Shown: positions 18,363-28,274 of the stretch, piece after piece
Numbering within the stretch: position 1 is the stretch's first letter
Layout of the letters: every line of letters starts with the position of its first letter
The notes under the pieces: model-generated
Database searches by the model: none
The model's input: only the letters and a program-made list of their open reading frames with translations
What the model was told of the DNA's origin: nothing
Source of the DNA: a virus
Virus record (IMG/VR): IMGVR_UViG_3300028920_000065
Location: 12,922 to 76,921 of that record
Reading direction: 5' to 3' (one strand)
DNA length: 64,000 nucleotides
Translations under genes and position numbers: made by a program

Positions 18363-20522
18363 TTATCTAATATTCCCGAGTCCTTTTTTCAAAGAAGTAA
18401 CAAATTTATTTTCTTTACTTCTTGTTTTGAATTTAGTTAGATCATATATTTCTTCAGCAACTTCTTTTTTGGATTCAATTTCACAGACTATTTCATCCAA
18501 TAATTCATAATTCTCTTTTTCTAAATCTGTAGATACATCAAAATCATCAAGAATTGATATTAGAATTTTATTATCCATTTTACAACAAATTTCATCTTCC
18601 AAATCTTTTATTCCTGTAATTGGTTCGTATTGATTAATTCTAATAAATCTTATCAATTCTTCTCTACTTAAAAATTCTTTTTTTCTTAGTGTTTCTTTCA
18701 TAAAATCTTTGATATTTGTTTTTCTTCTTTCTCTATCTCTTTTTGCTTCTTCTAAAATTCTTTTTGTTGTCCTAATTCCTTCTATTTCTTCTTTTAATTG
18801 TTTTAACATTTGTTTTTGATGATTTGACATTTTTTCATACTTAAATATCTTTTGTTTTTCTTTTTCAAAATCAACATTTTCATCTTTTAAACATGTTTCT
18901 TTTAATTTTAATTTTCTTGTTGTAAAAAGAATTGGATTCATTTCTCTTTTTTTATCAAATTCTGATTCTATGATGTCTACATACTTAAAAACTAAATCAC
19001 TATCTAGAAAAATGTAACGATTGAAATCTTCACGAAAAATGGGAGATCTGAATGCCTGGTCAGTTCCTAAAATTTCAAGAAGTTTTCTACTAAATAATTT
19101 TACATTTTCAGTTTGTGGAAGAATTGACAATCTTTTTAAAATAGATCTTTTCATATCCTTCCAACAATAAACCGTTTGATGTTTTTCCATCATTGATTTA
19201 TAGAGTTTTTGAGTTTTTTCTGTGAATTCACCAAATGTTGCTGAATTACATATGTCTAAAACAATCTCAGACTGGGCAAGCCGATCAAGAGTCACGGAAT
19301 CGTGTGATTTATGGTTGCTGTACTTGAGATTATCATTATCTATATATTCTAGTGTTTTCTCTACACATTCCCTTTTTATTTTATTTTTTTCTTTCTTTTG
19401 TTCTTTGATGTATTTATTTGTTTTTGTTTCCTGAATTCCTGTTGCATAAATATTTTGAAAATGTGATGTCTTTTGATTTACAAAATCTTTTTTAGTTTTA
19501 TAAATTTCTCTTTTATTATTAATACAGGAATTAATCATATCTGATTTAAGATTTTCAGGAAATGTTTCATAAAAATGATTTTCTGTAAAATTGCTACTGT
19601 TTAAATCATGATATGTATTTTTGAAAACTTTACTCAATCCATTTTCACCAAAAAATGATTGTAATTTATCATCTACAGAGGAATTGAATTCAGTAAAATA
19701 TTCAGGTGTTATAAAATTTTTATTTGTATAGATGAACATTCGTAAATAAAACATCATCCACCAATCAATTTTCACGTTATGATCATTAAGAAATTTTTTA
19801 CAAATTTTAACATCATGAATTTGATTTCCTCGAATAATAGAATTTTTTGTTTTTGTTAAAAATTGTTTATGAAGTTCATAACCATTTTTTTCAAACCAAG
19901 ATGCCCTATCTGAATATGTTCTTATTTGAATTCCTAGTTTTTTTGCTGCTTTTTTAGCATCATATTTACTCATGCCAAACATGATTTCAAGTTGTTTATA
20001 CGTAAAACAAATTCTTTCTGATGCTATAGCAAAAAGGGATAATAATATCATTGGAATAAAATCCCAATCACATAATTTAATATTTTTTTGATCGAATGGT
20101 ATTTCTATAAAAGGTGGAAGGGAGTAGGATAATTTTGACCATTTTATTCCACTTCTACCATTATATTGATAGTATTCTGTTCCATTTTCTTCCATCTTAT
20201 TGAATAAATGAATATTTGATTGGTGAATAGAATTATATGGTTGAACAAGAATATCCAGATGGTTTTCTAATTTTTTTAATCTTTTTTTATGATTTGTTTT
20301 TTTGAAATCATAATCATGACCATATATTAATTTATAGAAATTGATTGATGTAAGTTTTGCATATCTTTTTTGATCACGTCCTTTATAGTTTGGATTTATG
20401 ATCGATGATACAACAAATATTTTCCAAAGGAGTTTTTTGCTAATGTTATTTTCATTTTTAACATTAGTTGCACGTTTGAAAAACATTGCTTCTGCTAATG
20501 GTCTGATTGATGTTAGACGCAT
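18363..20522 (-). CDS. Large hypothetical protein (719 aa), possible DNA-binding protein
   Basis: Long ORF with its own sigma70 promoter (about 20551-20578) and GGAG RBS. HTH-like FTYKQLEIMFGMSKYDAKKAAKKLG; basic, with coiled-coil C-terminus. Confidence 0.7.
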   Translation of the reverse strand: MRLTSIRPLAEAMFFKRATNVKNENNISKKLLWKIFVVSSIINPNYKGRDQKRYAKLTSINFYKLIYGHDYDFKKTNHKKRLKKLENHLDILVQPYNSIHQSNIHLFNKMEENGTEYYQYNGRSGIKWSKLSYSLPPFIEIPFDQKNIKLCDWDFIPMILLSLFAIASERICFTYKQLEIMFGMSKYDAKKAAKKLGIQIRTYSDRASWFEKNGYELHKQFLTKTKNSIIRGNQIHDVKICKKFLNDHNVKIDWWMMFYLRMFIYTNKNFITPEYFTEFNSSVDDKLQSFFGENGLSKVFKNTYHDLNSSNFTENHFYETFPENLKSDMINSCINNKREIYKTKKDFVNQKTSHFQNIYATGIQETKTNKYIKEQKKEKNKIKRECVEKTLEYIDNDNLKYSNHKSHDSVTLDRLAQSEIVLDICNSATFGEFTEKTQKLYKSMMEKHQTVYCWKDMKRSILKRLSILPQTENVKLFSRKLLEILGTDQAFRSPIFREDFNRYIFLDSDLVFKYVDIIESEFDKKREMNPILFTTRKLKLKETCLKDENVDFEKEKQKIFKYEKMSNHQKQMLKQLKEEIEGIRTTKRILEEAKRDRERRKTNIKDFMKETLRKKEFLSREELIRFIRINQYEPITGIKDLEDEICCKMDNKILISILDDFDVSTDLEKENYELLDEIVCEIESKKEVAEEIYDLTKFKTRSKENKFVTSLKKGLGNIR

Positions 20523-20732
20523 TATTCTCCCTAAAAAATAATTCTATTAGATTTTATACATTCTTTTGAGAAAGTCAAGAGTTTTTTCTCCAAAAATCTT
20601 TTTCACAATATTATTTATAACATGAAAATTTTCTTATTTATTTTATCAACAGAATATCGCATTAATTGGTTTACTCTTCTTCCTCTTCTTTTGAAAGTTT
20701 TTTAGTATTTTCATTATAATGTTTTAAAGGAA

Positions 20733-20990
20733 ATGTTCAATCAAGAATCTGTTCTTTTTAAATATCCTGATTCAGATGGAGACGCTGTTTTGATTTATGC
20801 ATCAAGAGAAGAGAGAATTGGTTCTAATGTTGGATATGATAAGATCTCATTTGTATATAGTAAAATTAGAAAAGGATCACATCAAGGAAAATCATTTGTC
20901 ATAGAATGTGTTTGCGAACCAAGTAATCATATTTCTGCTATGGGATTTCAATCACAAGGAATTTTTTTTAAAAAACTATTGACTTTTTAA
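20733..20990 (+). pseudogene. Probable C-terminal remnant of a conserved phage protein
   Basis: Begins abruptly at FNQESVLFK, which I recall as an internal motif (K.NQDSVL) of longer phage proteins; weak RBS. Confidence 0.35.
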
Positions 20991-21008
20991 AAAAATCTTG
21001 TATAAAAT
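20979..21008 (+). promoter_or_regulatory. Sigma70-like promoter
   Basis: TTGACT-TTTTAAAAAAATCT-TGTATAAAAT upstream of the HAD/MTase operon. Confidence 0.75.
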
Positions 21009-21034
21009 TATTATGAACGATTTTGGAGAAAATT

Positions 21035-21463
21035 ATGTTATATTTTGATATAGATGGAGTAATAAGAAATTTACAAAAATCATTAAAAATTGATTTAGAA
21101 AATTGGAATGATTTTAATGAATTTCATTATGATAAAATAAAAAATGATCCAAAAAGGCATCTTGAAAATGCTCCATATTATGAAAATATGAGAAAGATCA
21201 TAAATTCTTATGATCAAAAATATTTTATTACATGCTCTTCTGAAAGATTTAAAGATTATACAGAAAATTTTCTTAAACGTATATTTAATAATTTTTTAGT
21301 TATATATGTTGAAAATCCAGAAAGCAAATTATCCTATCTTGGAAGTGATGATTATCTAGTTGATGATTATCCTTTTTATAGAGATAAGAGAGTTATTTTA
21401 GTTGAAAGAAAATATAATAAAGATTATGTCAAAAATTATGAAATAGTTTGGAGATTAAATTAA
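21035..21463 (+). CDS. HAD-family phosphatase (5'(3')-deoxyribonucleotidase-like)
   Basis: YFDIDGV motif I, FITC, K, LVDDYP, RKYN. Start MLYFD at 21035. Confidence 0.8.
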   Translation: MLYFDIDGVIRNLQKSLKIDLENWNDFNEFHYDKIKNDPKRHLENAPYYENMRKIINSYDQKYFITCSSERFKDYTENFLKRIFNNFLVIYVENPESKLSYLGSDDYLVDDYPFYRDKRVILVERKYNKDYVKNYEIVWRLN

Positions 21464-21474
21464 AAGGAGTTTAT

Positions 21475-22410
21475 ATGGTAAAATGTATTGACCAGAAAAT
21501 TTTTAAAAATGCTGCTGTTTATTGTGGAGATTCGATAGAACTTATTAAAAAAATTCCAAATAATTCAGTTGATTATTCTATTTTTTCACCACCATTTCCC
21601 GAATTGTATTCATATTCAAATCTAATTAATGATATGGGAAATTCAAAAAATTATGATGAATTTTTTGAACATTTTGATTATTTGATAAAAGATTTGAATA
21701 GAATAATAAAACCTGGAAGACTTGTTTCCATGCATTGTATGGATATTCCTGCAATGAAATCAAGAGATGGATATATTGGCTTGAAAGATTTTTCTGGAGA
21801 TTTAATAAGACATTTTCAAGATGCTGGTTTTATTTATCATTCAAGGACAACAATATGGAAAGATCCATTGATTGAAGCTGTTCGTACACGGGCAATTGGA
21901 TTGGCTTATAAACAATTAAAAAAAGATTCATCTATTTGTAGGACTGGAATTCCTGATTATATTATTACGATGAGAAAAAAAGGAAATAATCCCGAGCCAA
22001 TTGAAAATAAAGATGGACTTGGAAAATTTATTGGAGAAGAGGATAAGGAACCTACTTCAAAAAATTTAAAATATAATCATCATGTTTGGCAAAAATATGC
22101 TTCTCCTGTTTGGATGGATATTAGACAAATGAGAACATTAAATTATAGAGCTGCTAAAGATGAAAATGATACTAAACATGTATGTCCTCTACAATTAGAT
22201 GCTATTGAAAGGTGTTTAAGTTTATGGACTAATGAGAATGATATTGTTTTTACTCCTTTTATGGGAGTTGGATCTGAGGTATATTCTGCTTTGGAAATGA
22301 ATAGAAGAGCAATAGGAATAGAATTGAAGAAAAGTTATTTTGATCAAGCAATAAAAAATATTTCAAGATTTACAATTGAAGAAGGTAATAATAATTTTAA
22401 ATTATTTTGA
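21475..22410 (+). CDS. Amino-DNA methyltransferase (N4-mC/N6-mA, beta class)
   Basis: GDS..., catalytic FSPPF ahead of SAM motif FTPFMGVGS, HVCPLQ, GIELK. Confidence 0.9.
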   Translation: MVKCIDQKIFKNAAVYCGDSIELIKKIPNNSVDYSIFSPPFPELYSYSNLINDMGNSKNYDEFFEHFDYLIKDLNRIIKPGRLVSMHCMDIPAMKSRDGYIGLKDFSGDLIRHFQDAGFIYHSRTTIWKDPLIEAVRTRAIGLAYKQLKKDSSICRTGIPDYIITMRKKGNNPEPIENKDGLGKFIGEEDKEPTSKNLKYNHHVWQKYASPVWMDIRQMRTLNYRAAKDENDTKHVCPLQLDAIERCLSLWTNENDIVFTPFMGVGSEVYSALEMNRRAIGIELKKSYFDQAIKNISRFTIEEGNNNFKLF

Positions 22411-22416
22411 GGTAAT

Positions 22417-23814
22417 ATGTCATATAAAGAATTTTTGGATACAAAAGTATTAAAACATAAAGAGTATGGGTTTAAAATTGAAAGAAACGAAATAAATGAT
22501 ATTTGTTTTGAATATCAGAAGGATATTATTAAATGGTCCTTATTGAAAGGAAAATGTGCTGTATTTGCTGATACTGGTTTAGGAAAAACTATTATACAAA
22601 TAGAAATTGCAAGAATTATACATCAAACAACTGGAAAAAATATTATAATACTTGCACCACTAGCTGTTTCAGAGCAAACAATATTAGAAGGTAAAGAAAA
22701 ACTTGGAATTAATATTAATAATTTAAGAAATGGATTTAGACCTGGAATCAATATTACTAATTATGAGCAAATACATAATATAAATGATAAAGATTATGAT
22801 TGTGTTATTCTTGATGAAAGTTCAATATTGAAAAATTTTTCAGGGAAAATGAGAAATAAAATTATTGATAAATTTGAAAATTATGATTTCAAATTTTGTT
22901 TTTCAGCAACCCCAGCACCAAATGATTTCATGGAATTGGGATCACATTCTGAATTTTTAAATATATTAAAAAGTGATGTTATGTTAAGTATGTTTTTTAC
23001 AAATGATTTGGGTGATTTTGGAAAATGGGTTTTAAGGGGACATGGAAAGGAAGCATTCTGGAAATGGATATCATCTTGGGCATGTATTTTAAAACATCCT
23101 GAAAATCTTGGTTATTATGATGATAGATTTAATTTGCCAAAATTACATATTCATGAGCATATTGTTGATTTGAGTGAATCAGAAATGAATTTGATTAAAG
23201 TAGGATTATTAAAAATAGATTCTAAAAAAACTTTAACTGAAAGAAGAAATGCACGTAAAAATAGTATTGAATTGAGAACTGATTATACTTCAGAAAAAGT
23301 TAATTCTTCTGATGATTATTGTTTAATTTGGTGTGGTCTTAATGAAGAATCTTCACAACTTAGTAAAAAAATTATAGATGCTTATGAAATAAATGGATCA
23401 CATTCTACTGAATATAAGGCTGAAACAATGCTAAAATTTTCTAATGGTGAAATTAGATGTATTGTGACAAAACCTTCCATAGCTGGATTTGGTATGAATT
23501 GGCAACATTGTAATGAAATGTATTTTGTTGGACTTGATGATTCTTTTGAAAAATATTATCAGGCAATAAGAAGATGTTGGAGATTTGGACAAAAAAGAGA
23601 TGTCAATGTTCATATTATAATTTCTAAAGAAGAAGGAACAGTTTTAAAAAATATTAAAAGGAAAGAAAAACAGGCACAAGAAATGGCAAGAAAAATGATT
23701 AAATATAGTTCCCAATATGTAAAGGAAAGTATATTCAAACTAAATTTTTATGATGAATTTTATAATCCAACAAAAGATGTTAAAATACCTGATTTTTTAA
23801 AGGAGATAAAATGA
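22417..23814 (+). CDS. SF2 (SNF2-like) helicase associated with the DNA methyltransferase
   Basis: ADTGLGKT, LDESS, SATPAPND, GFGMNWQ, QAIRRCWRFGQ. Confidence 0.9.
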   Translation: MSYKEFLDTKVLKHKEYGFKIERNEINDICFEYQKDIIKWSLLKGKCAVFADTGLGKTIIQIEIARIIHQTTGKNIIILAPLAVSEQTILEGKEKLGININNLRNGFRPGINITNYEQIHNINDKDYDCVILDESSILKNFSGKMRNKIIDKFENYDFKFCFSATPAPNDFMELGSHSEFLNILKSDVMLSMFFTNDLGDFGKWVLRGHGKEAFWKWISSWACILKHPENLGYYDDRFNLPKLHIHEHIVDLSESEMNLIKVGLLKIDSKKTLTERRNARKNSIELRTDYTSEKVNSSDDYCLIWCGLNEESSQLSKKIIDAYEINGSHSTEYKAETMLKFSNGEIRCIVTKPSIAGFGMNWQHCNEMYFVGLDDSFEKYYQAIRRCWRFGQKRDVNVHIIISKEEGTVLKNIKRKEKQAQEMARKMIKYSSQYVKESIFKLNFYDEFYNPTKDVKIPDFLKEIK

Positions 23815-24362
23815 AAATATATGCATTTATTGGAGTAGTGGGCTCAGGAAAAGATTTTTATACTAATCAAAAAATAACAGAATTAACTAAACTTGGTTAT
23901 AGATGTAAACATATGAATTTTGCTGATACTGTACGCAATGAGATTTGGCATATATTTGGGTTTAAACCTAAAGATGATGCTGAGTATGATCTTTTTAAAA
24001 AAACGTCCATAGAAGTTAATTTGAATCGTCACAATAATCCAATTATAACCGGAAGAGAATTTATGGAGAGATTTGGAACTGATTTTGTTAGAAAATACGA
24101 TAAAGAATTTTGGATTAAAGCATGGGCAAAAAAAGTAAAAGAAATAGAAAATGATTATGATGTTATTTTAATATCAGATTGTAGATATGATAATGAAGTA
24201 AAATATCTTTTAGAAAATTTTAATGCTACTTTTATGTATTGTAATTATATTTCTGATAGATATGAAATTAGAGAAACAAAACCAGAAAAATTTGCACAAA
24301 GATTTCTTAATTTAGATGATAAAACAGATATAACACAAAAATTGAAGGAGATTTTAATATGA
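23811..24362 (+). CDS. Deoxynucleoside monophosphate kinase (T4 gp1-like)
   Basis: GVVGSGKD, FAD..R, GREFMERFGTD, ISDCRYDNE. Confidence 0.85.
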   Translation: MKIYAFIGVVGSGKDFYTNQKITELTKLGYRCKHMNFADTVRNEIWHIFGFKPKDDAEYDLFKKTSIEVNLNRHNNPIITGREFMERFGTDFVRKYDKEFWIKAWAKKVKEIENDYDVILISDCRYDNEVKYLLENFNATFMYCNYISDRYEIRETKPEKFAQRFLNLDDKTDITQKLKEILI

Positions 24363-24748
24363 TTATTTGGAAAGAATTTACTTTTGATGCCGCTCATCAA
24401 TTAAAAAATACAAATGATTGTGATTATGGTAAATGTTCAAATGTTCATGGACATACATATAAATTACAAGTAGGAGTTGAGGGATTTATTGATAGTAATA
24501 CACATATGATTATGAATTTTGTCGATCTTAAAAAAATAGTAAATGAAGAAATTATTGATAAATTAGATCACACATTTTTAAATGAAAGTATGCTAGATTT
24601 TAATTTAGATTCTAATCATACAACATGTGAAAGAATGATTATGGTATTTAAAATAATTCTTGAAAAAACTATTTTAAAATTATATCCAAATGTCCATAAA
24701 ATTAGAATCAAATTATGGGAAACACCAACGTCTTATTGTGAAATATAA
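24359..24748 (+). CDS. queD: 6-carboxy-5,6,7,8-tetrahydropterin synthase
   Basis: FTFDAAH, CSNVHGHTY, LDHTFLN, TTCE, LWETP. Confidence 0.92.
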   Translation: MIIWKEFTFDAAHQLKNTNDCDYGKCSNVHGHTYKLQVGVEGFIDSNTHMIMNFVDLKKIVNEEIIDKLDHTFLNESMLDFNLDSNHTTCERMIMVFKIILEKTILKLYPNVHKIRIKLWETPTSYCEI

Positions 24749-24780
24749 ATAAAATTAATGAATGTTTATAAGGAGAAGTT

Positions 24781-24927
24781 ATGAGAATATCATCAATATT
24801 TAAATCTATTCAGGGTGAAGGACCTAATTGTGGAAGAAATACATTATTTATTCGAGTTTTTACAGATAGATGTTTTCCAAATTATAAAAGATGTATCACA
24901 TGCATTGGCTCAAAAGATTGGAGCTGA
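24781..24927 (+). pseudogene. queE: N-terminal fragment of QueE (7-carboxy-7-deazaguanine synthase)
   Basis: [26 protein letters not shown]...C..C..C, then a stop after 48 aa; AGGAG RBS. Confidence 0.85.
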
Positions 24928-25249
24928 CCATTTAGTGACTGGAGTTTGTGAAACAGATTATTCTGGATACCCAGATTGTAGACATGAATTCATATCTTCA
25001 ATTCAAAAAACTACGAATCTTGGATCAGAACAGAATATCACAATACATACTCCTCTTATGCTTTTAAATAAAGCAGAAACTTTTAATTTAGCGGAACACG
25101 AGGGAATATTGGATATTATTATTAATAATTCTCATACTTGTTATAATGGTTCATCTAAATCCAATGAATGGGGTTATGGATGTGGAGAGTGTCCATCTTG
25201 CAAATTAAGAGAGAAAGGATATATAGAATATAAAGAAAGATATAAATAA
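24896..25249 (+). pseudogene. queC: C-terminal fragment of QueC (7-cyano-7-deazaguanine synthase)
   Basis: HALAQKIGA...[15 protein letters not shown]...TPLM..NKAET...HTCYNG...[11 protein letters not shown]; the N-terminal SGG.DS motif is absent. Confidence 0.88.
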
Positions 25250-25283
25250 TAATGATAACAACAAAAAAGAGGTTATTATTATT

Positions 25284-25556
25284 ATGAGCAAAAAAGTCGA
25301 TGAACAAATGACAACAGGAGATGTTCAAACATATGAACTTCCATTGGCGGGAGATATGATGTATAGAAATAGTCCTTGTTTTAAGATTTCAAAAAAAGAA
25401 CTACGAAACATGATACACAAAAATATTCTTCCAGAAAGAGTTGAAAAATTTTTAGGTTCAAACTCTGGCGATGTATATGTTAAGCATGAAAATGGTATTG
25501 TTTTTAATGCAAGAAAATTTAAATCTATAAAGGAGAAAAAGAATGGCAAGAGGTAG
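25284..25556 (+). CDS. Hypothetical late protein
   Basis: Late promoter at 25242; GAGG RBS. Confidence 0.65.
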   Translation: MSKKVDEQMTTGDVQTYELPLAGDMMYRNSPCFKISKKELRNMIHKNILPERVEKFLGSNSGDVYVKHENGIVFNARKFKSIKEKKNGKR

Positions 25557-26019
25557 AAAAAGTAAAAAAGCAAAAGAAGCTGAAGAACTTAAAAAGATTG
25601 AAGCTGAAGAACTTAAAGAGGATAAAGAAAAAGAAGAAGAAATAATTGAAGAACTTAAAGAGGATAAAGAAAAAGAAGAAGAAATAATTGAAGAACTTAA
25701 AGAAGAAGAAGAGAAACTGGAAAAATCTGAACCTGAAATAATTGAAGAAGATAAAAATGAGATTGAATTTGGTCGTGTTGGTGATCGGATTTCTAAAGAA
25801 GATAGAAAAATAGTTCAAGAAAATCTTCCTAAAAAGAAAAAAGAAGAATCAAAAGGTGATAAGAAAAGATATTCCTTTATTCTTCATACTCCAAACGGTT
25901 CAAAAGTTCCTATCAAATTTCCTGGTGGTAAAGTTATATTTATCAAAAAAGGACAGGTTGTTGAATTATCTAATGATGAATATAAAAGATATATTCAGTG
26001 GTTTAAACCTGTTAAATAA
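25543..26019 (+). CDS. Acidic low-complexity late protein
   Basis: E/K-rich repeat region plus a small globular C-terminus; AAGGAG RBS. Confidence 0.7.
   Translation: MARGRKSKKAKEAEELKKIEAEELKEDKEKEEEIIEELKEDKEKEEEIIEELKEEEEKLEKSEPEIIEEDKNEIEFGRVGDRISKEDRKIVQENLPKKKKEESKGDKKRYSFILHTPNGSKVPIKFPGGKVIFIKKGQVVELSNDEYKRYIQWFKPVK
25606..25703 (+). repeat. 42-bp in-frame tandem repeat (about 2.3 copies)
   Basis: GAAGAACTTAAAGAGGATAAAGAAAAAGAAGAAGAAATAATT x2 plus a partial copy (EELKEDKEKEEEII). Confidence 0.9.
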
Positions 26020-26039
26020 TAATATATGGATGAAAGATT

Positions 26040-27554
26040 TTGGATCAAAAAGTTTATTTTGGAAAATATAATTCAACATTTGTCAAGTTTCAAACATACA
26101 ATAGTAATGCTGTTTCAGAAATAAAAAATTTCTTAACATATAAAACATCAGATTTTCATAAAAAATATAAAAAGATAGATAAAAAATGCTTGATTAAAAA
26201 CAATTGTTTTATTCCAATTGGACTAGTTGAAGGTGTTATAGAATTTATACAATCACGTGGTTATGAAATTGTTTGTGATCCTAGAATATTTGAAAAAAAT
26301 AATATACAAAAAGAAGATGTTGAAGCACTTATAAAAAAATTAGAATTAAAACATGTTCCACATTATTATCAAATTGATGCTGTTTATAAAGTATTGAGAA
26401 ATAAAAGACAACTTCTTTTAAGTCCAACATCATCTGGAAAATCTTTAATTGCAACAATTCTTGTTATGATTTATACATTATTAAAGAAAGATAAATTAAA
26501 ACAGGTTCTTTTTGTTGTTCCATCAAAAAATTTAGTTGATCAAATGTATTATGATATGATAAATTATTTTTCTAATAATGATTCTGTTGATGTATCAAAA
26601 TTAGTACAAAGAATACATGGAGAAATACCACATAATAAAAGAGATCTTTCAAGACCTATTGTTTTAACAACCTGGCAATCTGAAAAAAGAACATCTTTTG
26701 ATTTTCAAAATGAATTTGGTTCAAATTTTTTACAGAATGTTGGAATGTTAGTATATGATGAGGCTCATCTTTCTAAATCAAAAATATCACATTACATTTG
26801 TAATTCGTGTTATAACGCTGATTATAGAATTGGAATGACAGGAACATTATTTGATGAAGATGATGATGCTGGATTTTTGAACAATCAAATAATTAAGGGA
26901 ATGTTTGGAGAAATTTTCCAAACAATTTCAACACGGGAAATGATTGATTGTGGATTTGCTGCTGATATTGAAATTAATCATCTTTTATTTAATTTTGGAC
27001 AATATGATAAATTAGAATATCGGGAAGAACTTGAGGAGATTTATTTAAATCAAAATTACTTTAATTATATAGTAAATTTTATTGGAAAAATAGATAATTT
27101 TAATGCTATATGTTTATATAAATCTTTGAAATATGGTGATATGATTAAAAAGGAATTACAGAGAAAATTTCCAAATAAAATTGTTTATATGATTAATGGT
27201 TCTGTTTCTGCAAAAGATAGAAATGATATTAGAACTTTAATGGAAAACAATAAAAATGTTATATTACTCGGAACATATCAAACTATTTCAACAGGATTTT
27301 CTGTTAAGCATATGAAATATTGTATTTTTGTTGAATCAATGAAATCTAAAATAAAATGTTTACAATCTCTTGGAAGATTATTAAGAAAGCATAAAGATAT
27401 TGAGAAAACTATTCTTTATGATTTTGTTCCAATATTTAGATATAAACATAAAAAAGGATATATGAGGAAACATTTTGAAAGTCGTATAAAATATTTTGAT
27501 AAAGAAAATCATAATTATAATATTATGCAGGTTAAAGATTACGAATGGAAATAA
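26040..27554 (+). CDS. uvsW: UvsW SF2 helicase
   Basis: PHYYQ, SPTSSGKS, LVDQM, TTWQS, DEAH, GMTGT, STGFS, LQSLGRLLR. Confidence 0.92.
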   Translation: MDQKVYFGKYNSTFVKFQTYNSNAVSEIKNFLTYKTSDFHKKYKKIDKKCLIKNNCFIPIGLVEGVIEFIQSRGYEIVCDPRIFEKNNIQKEDVEALIKKLELKHVPHYYQIDAVYKVLRNKRQLLLSPTSSGKSLIATILVMIYTLLKKDKLKQVLFVVPSKNLVDQMYYDMINYFSNNDSVDVSKLVQRIHGEIPHNKRDLSRPIVLTTWQSEKRTSFDFQNEFGSNFLQNVGMLVYDEAHLSKSKISHYICNSCYNADYRIGMTGTLFDEDDDAGFLNNQIIKGMFGEIFQTISTREMIDCGFAADIEINHLLFNFGQYDKLEYREELEEIYLNQNYFNYIVNFIGKIDNFNAICLYKSLKYGDMIKKELQRKFPNKIVYMINGSVSAKDRNDIRTLMENNKNVILLGTYQTISTGFSVKHMKYCIFVESMKSKIKCLQSLGRLLRKHKDIEKTILYDFVPIFRYKHKKGYMRKHFESRIKYFDKENHNYNIMQVKDYEWK

Positions 27555-27596
27555 ATAATTCTGAATGAATTTATTGGAGAGAATTTAATGGCTGAT
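27551..27596 (+). repeat. 46-bp promoter-RBS-start cassette identical to 43680-43725
   Basis: ATAAATAATTCTGAATGAATTTATTGGAGAGAATTTAATGGCTGAT at both sites. Confidence 0.92.
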
Positions 27597-28202
27597 TATA
27601 ATTTAAATGAACTTTATGATACTGAAACAACAGAATTAACAAGTGATTTAGTTGATGAATTATGTCAGGAATATGGAATTCCCTGTTATTATCTAAAGAA
27701 AACAAATGTTAATCTTGATAGAGTTTTTGGTTCAGATGATTTACAAAAATATGAAAGTGCTACAAATATACTTCTTCTTCCTGAAAATCCAAGTTTTTTT
27801 GGTGGATCTGGAGATATTTTTGGGAAATTTGGTATCGAAGGATTTGATAGCATGACAATGTTTATTGAAATTAATAGGTTTCAAACTGAAATATCGAAAA
27901 CAACTCCTGAAACAGATGATATTTTATATATTCCAGTGTTTAATTCATGGTATCAAGTTACGTTTGATGATGATGAAGGTGATGATAATAGTGATGCTCT
28001 ATTTTATGCAAATGGTGAATTATCTGCTTTTAAAATTAATTTAATGAAATATGAATATAGTCATGAAGATATTACAGCAACCGCAGTTGCTTCATATTTA
28101 CCTGATTATGAAAATCAAACAAATGATGATAATGATGTTATTGATAGTGTTGAGCAAGAGGATATGGTAATTGATGATTTTGATGATATTTTTGAAGATT
28201 AA
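27588..28202 (+). CDS. gp14: Neck protein gp14-like
   Basis: LVDE...YGIPCYYL...DRVFGSD...FGGSGDIFGKFG...PETDDILYIP...YEYSHE. Confidence 0.88.
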   Translation: MADYNLNELYDTETTELTSDLVDELCQEYGIPCYYLKKTNVNLDRVFGSDDLQKYESATNILLLPENPSFFGGSGDIFGKFGIEGFDSMTMFIEINRFQTEISKTTPETDDILYIPVFNSWYQVTFDDDEGDDNSDALFYANGELSAFKINLMKYEYSHEDITATAVASYLPDYENQTNDDNDVIDSVEQEDMVIDDFDDIFED

Positions 28203-28215
28203 TTTAAAAAAATTC

Positions 28216-28245
28216 TTTACATTCTTAAAAAAACTTGTATAAAAT
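28216..28245 (+). promoter_or_regulatory. Sigma70-like promoter for the replication operon
   Basis: TTTACA-TTCTTAAAAAAACT-TGTATAAAAT. Confidence 0.75.
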
Positions 28246-28274
28246 AATTAGTTGATTGATTAATAGAGGAAATT

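Noticed and set aside
24815-25249. ORF-track 144-aa protein as an intact QueC
   Set aside because: Its first ~27 residues are the queE fragment read out of frame, and the QueC ATP-binding N-terminus is missing.
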